Shown piece after piece: positions 14,495 through 37,389 of a DNA stretch of 64,000 bases (its first letter is position 1; every line of letters starts with the position of its first letter). This DNA comes from the human T2T-CHM13v2.0 reference genome, Homo sapiens. Made by a program: the position numbers and the translations under genes. Where the stretch lies: NCBI RefSeq assembly GCF_009914755.1, contig NC_060925.1. One strand, 5' to 3'. The notes under the pieces are model-generated. The model saw nothing but the letters and a program-made list of their open reading frames with translations. It was not told where the DNA came from and made no database searches.

Positions 14495-15178
14495 GAGTAA
14501 CTATACAGAGAAATATTAGTCAGCAATAAAAAGGAAGAAGTATTGATACACACAACATGGGTGAATCTCAAAATAATTATGCTGAACGAAAGAAGCTGGA
14601 CAAAAAAGTGTGTGTGATTTTACTTAAATAAAATTCTAGAAAATGCAAACTAACCTACAGTGACAGAAAGCAAATTAGTGGTTTCCTGGGAAGGAATAGA
14701 CAGAGAGAGGCATGAGGGAAAGGGGCATGAGAAAATTTGGGGTGATAGATATAATTATCTTGGTGGTGGTGATAGTTTCACAGGTGTTTATATATGTCAA
14801 GAGGTATCAAATTGCACACTTTAGGCCAGGCATAGTGGCTCATGCCTGTAATTCCAGTATTTTGGCAGGCCAAGGCAGGTAGATGGTTTGAGCTCGGGAG
14901 TTTGAGGCCAGCTTGGGCAACATAGTGAGACCTCATCTCTACAAGAACTTTTTCAAAAATTAGCTGGGCATGGTGGCTCACACCTGTAGTTCCAGCTACT
15001 TGGGAGGCTGAGGCAAAAGATGGCTTGCACTTGGGAAATTGAGCCTGCAGTGAGCCATGATCACGCCACTGCACTACAGCTTGGATGACAGAATGAGACC
15101 CTGCCTCAAAAAATTTTTTGCACGTTTTAAATATGTGCAATTTTTTCTGCATCATTTATGTCTTAATAAAGTTGTTAA
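14495..15178 (+). mobile_element. Old L1 (L1ME/L1MC) 3' end, split by Alu
   Basis: acaacatgggtgaatctcaaaataattatgctga...ttctagaaaatgcaaactaa motifs. Confidence 0.7.
14824..15113 (+). mobile_element. AluJ
   Basis: Full Alu; imperfect TSD ttgcac(ac/gt)ttta. Confidence 0.9.
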
Positions 15179-15449
15179 ATTTGGGGGGTGGGGGAATCAA
15201 AGGAGACTGTCTCCATGCCCTGACAAAAGTCTAGAAGTTTTTCTCTACCCATAACAAAGGGCATGTAGCTTCTAATTCAGGTGGCCAGGCTTGGGCCAAA
15301 TACTAGGTTTCTGAGGATGCCCTGGATCTCTTTAGAGGAGCTTTTTTTGGGGCCAGCTAAGCTTGTTCACTGAGATCCTCATTGGGGCCACCTCTTGCCC
15401 CCATTTCTTGCACTTATCATTTGCTATTCTGAAACGAAAAATAGGAGTG

Positions 15450-15778
<329 letters not shown>

Positions 15779-15814
15779 TCAATAAGCACTTACAGAGCAT
15801 CTACTAAGTGCAAG

Positions 15815-16196
15815 ATGTTGTGGGCGTATTTATTGGGCAGTTTCCCCACACCTTGTATGGGGTCCTTGTGACTTGCTTTGACCAATACAATGTGGAAGAA
15901 GTAATATTGTGTGCCAGTTCTGAGTCCAGGCCTTACGAGACTTGCGTACTTCTGCTTGGAAACCTGCTAGTCCATGTGAATAAGCTGGTACTAGCCTGAT
16001 GCAGGATGAGAGACATATAGTGCAGTCATCCCCATCTCCTGGCTGCTTTTTGCTAAACTCTAAAAGCAGAACCTCTTAGGTTCCTGGAAATTGACTGCAG
16101 ATGCATAAACCAGTTCAACTGAGACCAGAAAAGCTGCCCATCAAAGTCCAGCCCAAATTACTGAACCATAAAACTGCTGAGTTAAATAAATGGTCT
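15815..16196 (+). mobile_element. Old MLT1 (G/H-like) LTR
   Basis: ccttgtgacttgctttgaccaata...gaagtaatattgtgtgccagttctgag...aataaatgg. Confidence 0.6.
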
Positions 16197-16234
16197 CTTT
16201 CTTTCACACACACATACACACATGGTTCCTCCTC

Positions 16235-16565
16235 TTATTACTAGTACACAAATGACTTGGTCAAGTCATTTAACCTGTCAGTACCTCAATTTTCTTATCT
16301 TTAAAGTGATTATAAAAATACCTATATTTGTTTATATATTTGAGGTAATTATATATTTGTTATATAATTATATATAGTTATTTATAATTGAGGTAATTAT
16401 ATATTTGTTATATATAATTATATATTGAGGTAATTATATATTTGCTATATATAATTATATATTGAGGTAATTATATATTTGTTTATATATTTGAGGTAAT
16501 ATTTGTAAAGTGCCTAGCACAATGCCGAGTATATAGTAGGTAACAGAATATGGTAGCAATAATTA
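16235..16565 (+). mobile_element. MIR containing an expanded AT-rich minisatellite
   Basis: caagtcatttaacctgtcagtacctcaattttctt...tgtaaagtgcctagcaca. Confidence 0.7.
16322..16500. repeat. AT-rich minisatellite, ~5 copies of ~30-45 bp anchored on ttgaggtaattatatatttg
   Basis: tgaggtaat occurs five times in the interval. Confidence 0.9.
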
Positions 16566-16789
16566 TTTTTTGAGATAGGGCCCATATTTTACTTATCTTT
16601 TTTTCTCCTGCAACTAGCACAGAGTCTTCTTCATGAAAGGAACTCAATAAGTAAATATGACTATTTTGGAAGTGTAGTAATTTCAATGAATAATCTGATT
16701 ATAATCTTTATAAAGATAGTTCACATCTTCATAAAGATATGTCTATCTTAAAGGCAGTAAGAATCATTACCTCTCTAGCTGTGATTTTT

Positions 16790-17675
<886 letters not shown>

Positions 17676-18042
17676 TGCACTGCTAGAAGGACCTAATATT
17701 TAGGGAGCAATTCTCCTAAGGTATTGCCCATTATTCTGCCTCATATTACACATAGCAACCAGGAATGAAGGGTGGGAGACTGTCACAGTATAACAATGCC
17801 AGATGTTGTCAATGCCAGTATGAGACCATTCATGGTCCCCTGCCTCTTCAGCAAAATTCTCCTGTCCTATATTGCTTTTTCTTCTCATCATTTTAGGTAA
17901 AAATAAATGATACATTAATTACTTTTAAGGTCATACCTTTTCAACAAGCTTTGTGCCCTTAAAAGCTCCCTCTCTACTAGTGGGTTCCTCTGCTGGCATT
18001 TTATAGCAAGCTCCATTCATTTCCTTGATGAATTATTCCAAA

Positions 18043-18491
18043 ATTATATATATATAAAACTTTCTGTTATATATATATAAAACTTTCTGTTATATATATA
18101 TATAACTTTCTGTTATATATATATAACTTTCTGTTATATATATATATAACTTTCTGTTATATATATATATAACTTTCTGTTATATATATATATAACTTTC
18201 TGTTATATATATATAACTTTCTGTTATATATATATATAACTTTCTGTTATATATATATATAACTTTCTGTTATATATATATATAACTTTCTGTTATATAT
18301 ATATATAACTTTCTGTTATATATATATAACTTTCTGTTATATATATATGTAACTTTCTGTTATATATATAATTTTCTGTTATATATATATAACTTACTGT
18401 TATATATATCTTTGTTTTATATATATTTATAACTTTCTGTTATATATATAACTTTCTGTTTTTTTATATATATATATATGTATAACAGAAA
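18043..18491. repeat. Compound minisatellite [AACTTTCTGT(TA)n], ~18 copies
   Basis: Directly visible array with variable TA count per unit; one inverted unit (tataacagaaa) at 18481-18491. Confidence 0.97.
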
Positions 18492-18740
18492 CCTTCAGTA
18501 TTTCAAAATTCAAAACAGTAAACATTGACCATTGTAGCATGACTACTGGGGAATACAGTGTTAGGCAAGTTAGTCTTTTTATGCCAGTCAGTATCATACT
18601 TGGCCATCTACTGTACTTCTCACAAACGAATTTGTCTTCTCCCAAGAGGCTAATTCTGTTTCAAAAGTACTATTTTAACATTTTTCTGTCTTCTTTCCTT
18701 CAGAAGACTTTCATATGCAAGAAGCCCAATTATTTTTCCA

Positions 18741-18812
18741 CTCCTGGGTTCCAGAAGGCTATTCTTGAATACCCTTGAACCCCTCCTGGGTTCCAGAAGG
18801 GTATTCTTGAAT
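18741..18812. repeat. 30-bp direct duplication with inverted templated spacer
   Basis: ctcctgggttccagaagg(c/g)tattcttgaat at 18741-18770 and 18783-18812. Confidence 0.9.
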
Positions 18813-19099
18813 GAAGTGTCATTTTCTCTCTTTTTCATAGATTTATTCAGCATCTGAAGAATTACCCAAAAAAGAAATGAATCTGCGTGGGATGGCTCAT
18901 ATTGCATACAGTTTCAAAATTACTTTCATATCCACTTCCTTATCTAATTCTATCAATATCTTACTTCTAATACTAATATCTCCTGATTTTATTATTACTG
19001 ATACTATTGCATATCTTGTCTCTTACCCCTGCTACAAGCTGGTACCACACCCTCACTGACTATTTGTATGGCTTCCTAATATATCTCTATATTTTTTTT

Positions 19100-19188
19100 A
19101 AAATATAGTAGAATGCATGATGGATTAGAGCAAAGAAGAGTGACTCCATGTTCTTTGCTCTAATCCATCATGCAGTCTACTATATTTT
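19100..19188. repeat. 38-bp inverted repeat (1 mismatch), 13-nt loop
   Basis: 19100-19137 is the reverse complement of 19151-19188 at all but one position. Confidence 0.95.
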
Positions 19189-19322
19189 TTAAAAATCTGA
19201 ATTATCAAATCTGGACTACTTTCTTTTCCCTTAATCCTGGGGCTTTATATAAGGCTTTATAATTTTCAAGAATTTTTCATAATAAGTATGAAATATAAGT
19301 ATTCATAATAAATATTGCTTAA

Positions 19323-19621
<299 letters not shown>

Positions 19622-19740
19622 AATATTGCTTAATTCTTATAATAGTCCTGTATTATTAATAGTATCACTAACAGTGCTGTAAAGATGAGGCAAAAACATA
19701 TACAGAGAGTAACCATTACCAAAGAAAATCACACAGGTAA

Positions 19741-20303
<563 letters not shown>

Positions 20304-20631
20304 CTAGAATGCTTTCTTATTCTATTCTCTATCATTCAAAACTCTGCCATCTTTCAAGTCCCAGTTCAAATACCATGTCTTCCTTAATAGCTACTTTGTC
20401 ATTACACCTGGAATTAACAATCAATCTATATAACTATAGCATTTAGTTTGTATAACAATATAACTAACGCTCATTACATATTGCTTTATAGAATTATTTG
20501 TGTGCATGTCTCATCCGGCCTACTGTTGGGAAAACCTCTTGAGGGTAGAAAATTTAGTGTATTAGTTTTTCTATTCCCCCACTGAGCAAATATATGGCGG
20601 TTGTTTGAGTAATTGTGAGTGAATGAATGAA
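20304..20631 (+). mobile_element. L2 3' end
   Basis: Ends in the gtgaatgaatgaa tail typical of L2. Confidence 0.6.
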
Positions 20632-21239
20632 CACATGAAGGCCTTGGCCCACACAGTTCTAAAAGGGATTAAGGCCTAAGGAACATCTGGATATCAACTA
20701 ATGTATTCACCTATTGGCTTAGTTATAGTATCTTAGAAAGAGATAATGAAATTACTGAACTAATAGTTAAGCTGTTGGTGCCTCAGGACAAAACAGAGGT
20801 GTGAGGAGGATTGAAATACTTAAGTTAATAGCCCCCTAGATGCAAAGGTAAAAGTTTAGCTCATTATTTCCTAAACTGCATTCACTTCATAGATAAGGAA
20901 CAACAGCCATTTATTATAGAGTCCATAGTCATATAGTGAAAATATTGATGATGATGATGATAAAATTGCCTTCTGAATTTATTTAGTATTTGTCATTCCT
21001 GGACACGTAAACAATATTATCTCCAAATTTTATTGGCAATTATAGTTAAAATAATATTTTATTTACATATTTATATATTTTTCAATATAAATACACATAT
21101 ATACATGTATCACTATGATGAAACTACTTCATAATTATTTTAATTTTTTATTAAAATGCATTTTAAGCATTATATAATGCTTCATAAAATACTTCATGAG
21201 GTAACCACCTATGGTTTGTACAGAGAATTCACACTCTCA

Positions 21240-22300
21240 ACACCCTTGCCCTTCTCTCCTTTGGTACTTGCCTGGCAAAACTCCAAGCTTGATGAAATGC
21301 AACTTCTCACCTATTCCATGTCTACATCTAATCAACTGGAGAAGAACAAATTATCATGCTAATTGGACTCACTTTAAAATTATGACATCAAGCCTCAACT
21401 GGGTTCTCAGTGTTGCCCAGCAATTCTTTACAATTCCATAGTCATTTGACTGTTCTACTCTTCAGATGAAGCTGTTCCCCTCAAGCCTCTTTCTTCCTCC
21501 TCCCTCTCAGCTGATGATCTTGCTTTCTGTTAACACTTCACTGAAAAAAAGAAGCAACTAGAAGAGAACCTTCACAACTTCTCACCACTAATTCTACTCA
21601 CTTACCTGCATCTTACCTTCCCTTCTACTATGAAGGTTGAAATATTCCTGTTTCTGTCTGAGTCTAACCCCTCCCTCCTGTGCCCTTGGTCCTATCCTCT
21701 TTTGCTCCCAAAATTATTCCATCTCTTTCCTGTATCAACTTTTCTCTTTTTGTAGAATCATTAACATCAACATATAATATATATTTGAATATCTCCCACT
21801 TAATAAAAGAAACTCTATCCTGATCTCACATCCTTCATTAGCCACAGCTCCACTTCTTTTTGCAGAAAATCTCAAAGGAATTATCTAAATTTGTTGTCCC
21901 TCGGTCATCTCTCATTCTATCTTGAATCCACTCTAATAAGCCTTTTTGCCTTCACTATTCCACTGGCAATACTTTCATCAAGTATACCATTGCCCTCCAT
22001 ATCACTAAACCCAATGCCGAATTATCAGTCTTCATGATATCATGGTTGACCTCTTAGCAGTATTCAGCACAGTTGATCTTCTTGGAACACATTCTGTATT
22101 GGCTTCCAAAAAAACCTCTCTCTCCTGGTTTTTCCCTTATCTCTTTGGCTTCTTTGGAGTCTACTTTGCTGGTTCCTCTTCATTACATTGACAAGTAAAT
22201 GTCAAAACTGGAGTGCCCCACAGCTAGCTCAGTTCTCCTCTTCTCTATCTACCCTCATTTCATTCCCTAGGAGCTTTCAATCAGTCTTGTGGCTTCAAAA
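21240..22300 (+). mobile_element. Long L2 fragment (resumes at ~24895-24985 and ~25500-25543)
   Basis: cctggcaaaactcca...ctcagctgatgatcttgct...gacctcttagcagtattcagcacagttga L2 motifs. Confidence 0.7.
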
Positions 22301-22302
22301 AC

Positions 22303-22452
22303 TATATATATACACACATATATATATGTGTATATATGTAGTTACATACATATATATGTATATATATAGTTACGTATATGTAGTTTGTATATAGTTTTAG
22401 ATATAGGATATCTAGGTATAGATATAGATATAGATATAGGATATATATATAT
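22303..22452. repeat. (TA)/(TATG)/(TAGATA) low-complexity microsatellite
   Basis: Directly visible. Confidence 0.9.
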
Positions 22453-23522
22453 CTTTCTCTTCCCCTTTCCTTTCTCTCCCTTCTCTTCTTAAATGATTTG
22501 ATCCCAAAGCCATTAGGTGGAAAAAGCAAGGTTGGAATTGGGCCTGAGTTGGAGAGAATCACAGAGGCCAATTGGGATTTTGGAGCCCAATCTGGGAAAG
22601 GAGGATGCTTGCATAAGAGGACTGTGTAGCAAGGATAGTTATAGCCTGAGCAGAGTGAGAAGGACATCCATGGAGAGGGGCAGCATAGTATGGGCTACTG
22701 GGTATCCACACAGAAAACTGGTCATGCACGAGGAGTCAAAGCCTAAGCAGAATGAGAAAGACATTTACATGGCAGGGGTAGTCAGGTATGGGTGTTAGAG
22801 ACTGAGTGGAGTGAGGAGGACATTTGTGCATAGAAGAGAGTGGTGGTGACAATCAATGATCTGTTATTACAGGGGGCTTAATTACATAAATAAATATATT
22901 AAAAAGTTAGAGCCAGGTTCCCCATTGTCAGATGGAAAAGAATACTAGAATAAACCTTGTGATGTTTGATTAGAATAGGAGATATTTGTGTGAATTTATG
23001 GTTGTATATCTAAATAGATTGATTGATAGAGATATATAGTTATAGAAATAAATATAGATGTAAAAGTGTATATGTTTTCATGTATCTCTATTTTTATCTC
23101 TATATTCCTCACTTCTGACCACTGACAGAGCCTGGGAGTAGCTACACCCCAGTAGCAACTGAGCACATCTAGCCCCAGATTTTGACTTCTAAGTATCGTT
23201 CTCCACAAAAATAACCAGGGTTCTTTGAGAAATGGCTGATTCCAGTACTGGGGCAGCAAAAATACAAATTAACCCTGGAACATCTGCTGAACCAGACAAA
23301 AAAGTGCTCTAAGAATGATGGGGGTATATCAAAAAGAGAGAAGCCAGCTTGGGCTTTCTACTGACCAAATCTGAGACAATTGGATATTTATTTATTTAGA
23401 CTTCTTCAAATCATGGGATGAGATCATTTGAGAATTAATGATGGAAACAGATTATACTCATTTAAAAAACAATGAGTCAATACAAACATAAATTAATAAA
23501 TTTAATACATGGAAAGTTTGAA

Positions 23523-23831
23523 GGTCGGGCATAGTGTCTCATGCCTGTAATCCCAGCACTATGGGAAGCCGAGGCAGGTGTTTCACCTGAGGTCAGGAGT
23601 TTGAGACCACCCTGGCCAACATGGTGAAAGCCCATCTCTACTAAAAATACAAAAAATAGCCAGGTGTGGTGGTGGGTGCCTGTAATCCCAGCTACTCCAG
23701 AGACTGAGGCAGGAAAATTGCTTGAACCCAGGAGGCGGAGGGGGCAGTGAGCTGAGATCATGCCATTTGCACTCCAGCCTGGGCGGCAGAGCAAGACTCC
23801 ATCTCAATAAATAAATAAGTAAGTAAGTAAG

Positions 23832-23860
<29 letters not shown>
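23523..23860 (+). mobile_element. AluS with (AAAT/AAGT)n tail
   Basis: Full Alu; TSD aaagtttga. Confidence 0.95.
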
Positions 23861-23862
<2 letters not shown>

Positions 23863-23886
23863 AGTTTGATGAAGAATAGGCTATTT

Positions 23887-24193
23887 GCCAGACGTGGTGG
23901 CTCACACCTGTAATCCCTGCACTTTGAGAGGCCAAGGCAGGTAGATTGCTTGAGCCCAGAAGTTCAAGAGCAGCCTGAGCAACATGGTAAAACCCTGTTT
24001 TACCAAAAAAAAAAAAAAACAAAAAAAACAAAAAAAAAACCACTAGCGTGCATCTCTAGTCCCAGCTACCCAGGAGGCTCAGGTGGGAACATCACCTGAG
24101 CCTGGGAGGTTGAGGCTACAGTGAGCTATGATCCTGGCACTGCACTCCAGCCTGGGAGACAGAGCAATACCCTGTCTCAAAACAAAAACAAAA
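23887..24193 (+). mobile_element. AluJ
   Basis: TSD aagaatagg(c/a)tattt. Confidence 0.9.
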
Positions 24194-24966
24194 AAGAATA
24201 GGATATTTACATAGCTTCAAAGTACTTTTCCACAAAATACTTATTAAGTACAAAAGGGAAAAAAAGCTTTAAAATGGAGAAGCTTATATTACTTTAATCA
24301 AGTGATTCAAATTAACACCATCAATAATGAGACAAATTGCAGTTGTGTCCCTAACACCTGATAGGATGCAATAAGAATATAGGATTGCTTATTTATATTC
24401 TTAATAGAGAGATGCATAATCTGAATCTAATCATGATGAAATATAAAATAAATTCAAAATTGAGGGATATACTTCAAAATAACTGGCCTGTTAATCTTCA
24501 AAAGCAGCAAGGCCATGAAAATCAACGAAAGCCCAAGGAAATATTCCTGAGTGGAGGAGACTAAAGAGACATAATAGGTAAATTCTGAACTGAATCCTTT
24601 TATTATAAAGGACATTATGATTTGGATAAGGTCTGAGGGTTAGGTAAGTATAGCAATCTTAATTTCTAGATTTTGATGGGTTTATTGTGTTTATACAGGA
24701 AAATGTCCTTATTTATAGGAAGAACACACTGAAGTATCGGGGTGATGGGGCATGGTGTCAGAATTCTCATTGTGTCATTACTGGGTCAGCTTTTGTCATT
24801 ATTCTCAAATGACTGAGGAAAAACGTTGTTTGTGCTATCCTTGCATCTTTCATGTAATTTTCGACATTGTTTTTTAAAAAGGAAGAAGACTATATGTTAA
24901 TGAGTTTCAAATTTCTCTCTCCGGCGTGGATCTGAACCCAAGATCATATATTTAATTTTCTAGTCA

Positions 24967-25515
<549 letters not shown>

Positions 25516-25542
25516 TCACTGTCAAACTTAAAATGTAAAACT

Positions 25543-31402
<5,860 letters not shown>

Positions 31403-31867
31403 AGAGTCACTGACAACAGCCATTGAGTAGGTGAGAACACGAACAGGAAAGAGAGAAGAGCTGAACACGTTTCTTTTCTCAGAATCCTCCCTTTCAAATG
31501 AGGCTGAATTTTGTGATTTTAAAAATTTAAGACCTTATGATTTCTGCAAGCGGGCAGGAAAGTCATGAGACTTGCTGGAATTTTCATCTTTGTGGCAGGG
31601 GAAAAAGCTAACCCCACTGAGTTAGTTTTAAGAGAATAGTTATGTTTTGATTATATTTTACAAGTCACACTAGTTCAATGCAATAAATATACAGATTTTC
31701 TGCTACACAGTTGGTGGAAACCTTTCAGAACCTGCGGGTACATGTCTTAAGAGGAAAAGAGCATTGCAAGCTCAAATTTTTAAAATAAAAAATTTTACAA
31801 TTCCTATATTAGTTTCATTCACCAATCACTACACTAAGTCCCGAAGCAAATAAAATGTATATATTCA

Positions 31868-32250
<383 letters not shown>

Positions 32251-32415
32251 TCAGTAGAATGATTATCAAACCACAAAGGACTTAAAAAACAACAACAACC
32301 CTTTAGCCATGGTTATTAAGATGAAATAATTACTGAAATTCTTATTTAAATTTCCTATATCAGCTATCCTTCTAGATATGAGGCATCCAAGTGAAGAATT
32401 TCAATTTTAAAGGAA

Positions 32416-33003
<588 letters not shown>

Positions 33004-33124
33004 TATATTTTTCTGAAATTATTTTAATAATCCCATAAATTATAAATTATAATCTCTTCAGAAATCATGTGAATCAATTAAGAAGGAATATGACCCTAAG
33101 ATAAGGTTTAAGAGTAAAAATAGT

Positions 33125-33590
33125 AGTTAGAATTAAGTTCAGTTGCAAGTGAGTAAAACTAAAAATAGCAAATAATGGATTAAACACACAAGGTTTCATT
33201 CTCTATAAGTTTGGAAATTGGCATTTTAGGTGGGATTTCAGGTGGGATGGAGGTTCCACAAAGTCATCATGGACATAAACTCCTTCTGGTTGGTCACTAC
33301 ACCATACCTAGGGTGGTCCTCATCCTCCGGCTGAAGATGGTTGCTAGATTCAACCATCACATCTATGTTCCAGGTAGTAGGAGGGAAGAAAGGGAAAAGA
33401 AGAGGCCAGTCTCTCTCTTTGAAGAAAATTTCACAGTTACTTTTCTCATTTGCCAGAATATTGGCTGCAAAGGAAGACAGGAATTATAGTCTTTTATCTG
33501 TGTATAGTTTAATATTGGATAAATTTGGGGTTCTTTTACTAAGATGGAAGGAGAAAATGGATGATGAGGCAAGCAGCTAGGAGTCTCTGG
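33125..33590. mobile_element. Probable ancient MLT1 (J/K/L) LTR
   Basis: ttagaattaagttcagttgcaagt...aagatggttgct...ctctcattt-type motifs; weak. Confidence 0.4.
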
Positions 33591-35047
33591 CATACACACT
33601 TAAATATATTTCTTTTAATAAGATGGTTAGGTCTGACATTAATTACTAATAAGTTTGAATTATTGGTAAAGATATTTAATTGTACTGTAGATTCAGTGTT
33701 CTTTAAATGCTTGCTTTCTCTATGTAGAGAACACTTCTGTCACTTGCAACCAAAGAAAGACTAACTCATGGTCAGTAATCAGGGATTTGTTCTATTATTT
33801 AAGCTCTCTGTTTCACTAAGAGAAGCATCTCAGCAAATTCTAACACAAATTTGTAAATATATTCATTCAATCATTCATACAATAAACATACTGAATGCCT
33901 AGGTACTAGGAAAAAAAAACCCATAATTTTTGAATTCAAAGTGTTCAGTCTGGTAGAAAAAGATGGTGATAAAAAATTTTAAATGTATGAAAGTGTTATA
34001 GGTGCAGTAAAAATATATGTATCTGGTGTTGTGGGGTACAGTAGAGCAAGATATCAATTCTACAAAAATGAGATTAAAGGGTATGCATCCAAAGTAAGGC
34101 ATACATTGATGGTGGAATTCAATTAAAAATGATTACATAATTTAAAATACATCAAAAGGTACAGAGAATAACACAATGGCTATCAATTTATGCACCATCT
34201 GCCTATGAAACAAGATATTTTGAATATAATTACAAGATACAATTCTGATTTTCATATGCAGTTTGAAATTATTAGCAGTTTGAAATTATTAGTAATGATG
34301 TATGTAGGTGTGTCAAAAACTAAAAATCTTCCACGAAGAGGTTGTTATTGTCACCGTCACCAAATCAGAGAATTAAATAGTAAGAATTTTCCTGAAATTG
34401 AAAGTGTTAGACAAAGTTTTAGGAATATTTTAATATATTCTAAAGCAATGGCATTTGTCATTTTATAATTCTCATTTACTTTTGTATTAGAGAGTCTCTT
34501 AGAATTAGACATAATCTTTTTTCAAATTTGCAGCTTATTTTTTATGTGGCAAAGGGAAAAGGACTAAAAAAATGTCTTGGAGGGAGGGGTAGGGTGTGGT
34601 GGAGAGGGCGTGAACTTCCCTTGACTCAGAAGAGGAAAGTGGTAATTTTCCTCCCTTTACCATGAAAGTATTTGTAATTTTTGAAGTAGCTTTTTCTACA
34701 AAACATATGTATTTAAGGAATATTTCTTATATATTCAAAACCTGCAATTTAGTAGGCCTATGGTAAGTACTTCAAAGGAACTTGGAGTTTACTGCCAAAG
34801 CTCTGTTTGGAAACGCTTGTGCAGGGAAAGCATCAGGAAGGAAGATACCACATCTGTAGAAAAGCAGCCTCCCTCTTTGTATAGTTTCTTTACATTATTA
34901 AAAAATTAACATAATTCAGACTAATATGCCTAGCTGGGCTGACAAGGAAAGACTCCCTACCTTTACAAAAATATACAAATGTGGGATAATAACTTTAAAA
35001 ATTGAAAAAATGTATTTTGTCAAGCTTGAAAGCAAGAAAGGGAAATC

Positions 35048-35328
35048 AGCTAGGTATGGTGGCTGCAATCCTAGCACTTTGGGAGGCTGAGGCAGAAGGC
35101 TCACTTGAGCCCAGAAGTTTAAGACCAGCCTGGGCAACATAGAGATGTCCCATTTCTATCAAAAATAAAAAAAAAAAATCCAGGCATGGCAGCGTTCACC
35201 TGAGGTCCCAGCTACTCGGGAGGCTGAGGTGAAAGGATCACTTGAGCCCAGGGGATTGAAGCTGCAGTGAGCTGTGATCATGCCACTTCCACTGTGGCCT
35301 GGGCGACACAGTAAAACCCTGTCTCAAA
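35048..35328 (+). mobile_element. AluJ followed by A-rich low complexity
   Basis: Full Alu. Confidence 0.9.
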
Positions 35329-35549
35329 GAAATTTTTTTTTTAGCCATCGAAACAACAACAATAACAAAAAAAAAAAAAAAGAAAGAAAGAAAAAAGAAA
35401 AGGAAATCACTAGCTTTTAGAAAAAGGAAAACAAAAAACCAGAGCATTACAGGAAGCTGAAGTCAAGTATATACTGAAGCCCAGTGGCTCACATGAGTAC
35501 TGGAACTTGATACATGTTGTGAGACTCAAAGACTTAGAAGGAATAGATT

Positions 35550-35885
35550 ATTGACAAGTGCAAAAACATGGATGAATCCTGAAATGATTATACTGAGTAA
35601 AAAAAGCAACACAAAAAAAGAATACATACTATATGATTCCATTTATAGAAAATTCTAGAAAATGCAAACAAATCTCTAGCAACATCAGTGAGTGCCTGAG
35701 GACATGGAGGGGTATGAGTCAGAGTAGGAGGGAGAGATTACAAAGGGGCATGATGGATATGTTTACTCTTGATTGTGGTGATGGTTTCACAGTTGCGTAC
35801 ATATGTCAAAACTTGTCAAATTGTACACTTTAAATATGAATAGCTTATTGTATGTCTGTTATATCTCATGAAGATGTTAAAAAGG
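35550..35885 (+). mobile_element. L1ME-like 3' end
   Basis: aacatggatgaatc...atgattccatttatagaaaattctagaaaatgcaaa...ttgattgtggtgatggtttcac. Confidence 0.75.
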
Positions 35886-36032
35886 ACAAACAAAATCAAC
35901 ATCCAAGCAAGTTCAACAGATCCTTCTTCTCACTTATATGTATGCAATTTATTTGCTGAAGAAACTTGGTGGTATGTCCTATAGAGTTTCCCACATTCTG
36001 GATTTTATTGATTGCAAAAAGGAATCCTTATC

Positions 36033-36305
36033 TTTTTTTTTTTTGAGACAGGTATTGCTTTGTCACCCCCTTATGGCTCACTGCAGCCTTGACCTCCCAG
36101 GTTCAAGCGGTCTTCCTACCTCAACCTCCCAAGTAGCTGGGACCACAGGTGCGTGCCATCACCCCTGGCTAATTTTTAAATTTTTTGTAGAGATGGGGTC
36201 TAGCTATGTTTCCCAGGCTGGTCTCAAACTCCTGGGCTCAAGCAATCCTCCTGCCTCGGTCTCCCAAAACGCTGGGATTACAGGCCTGAGCCACCATGCC
36301 TGGTC
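36033..36305 (-). mobile_element. AluJ
   Basis: TSD ~aagaatccttatcttt. Confidence 0.9.
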
Positions 36306-36703
36306 AAGAATTCTTATCTTTTAGAGCTTTATATGATGAAGTATTTATGGGTGATATCCATGTGAGGGGTGGGGAAGGAGATTGGCCACATATTGATAAT
36401 TGTTCAAGCTGAATGACTGACTCATGAAGGCTCATTATACTCTTCTCTCTACTTTTTATGTGCTTAAACATTTTTTATAAGAAAAAGTTGAAACAAGTCC
36501 TGGGGCCTATCTTAGAGGTACTGAATTTCTTGGGGGTTGAGCATAGAGATATGCATTTTTATAAACTCCCAAGGTGATTTTGTTATACACTACAGAGGAT
36601 CACTGCCCCACATAAAAGAAAAGGACTCCTATGGTGAGATGAATTTCAGACACCTACCATAATGTATGGGAAAAACCATTTTTGGTAGGTGTCCTTTACA
36701 TTA

Positions 36704-37054
<351 letters not shown>

Positions 37055-37083
37055 CTAGCTATTCTTCCTCAAGAGACATTTAG

Positions 37084-37389
<306 letters not shown>

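Larger units (their letters stand above)
22500..24885 (+). mobile_element. L1MC4/5-like 3' UTR, split by two Alus
   Basis: acaccccagtagcaactgagcacatctagc...gagaaatggctgattccag; aaaataactggcctg motifs. Confidence 0.7.

Noticed and set aside
18043-18491. CRISPR-like repeat-spacer array
   Set aside because: Spacers are only (TA)n, the context is eukaryotic and there are no cas genes
34258-34291. 17-bp tandem duplication gcagtttgaaattatta (similar small duplications at ~50858-50891 and ~53333-53401)
   Set aside because: Ordinary slippage duplications with no further structure
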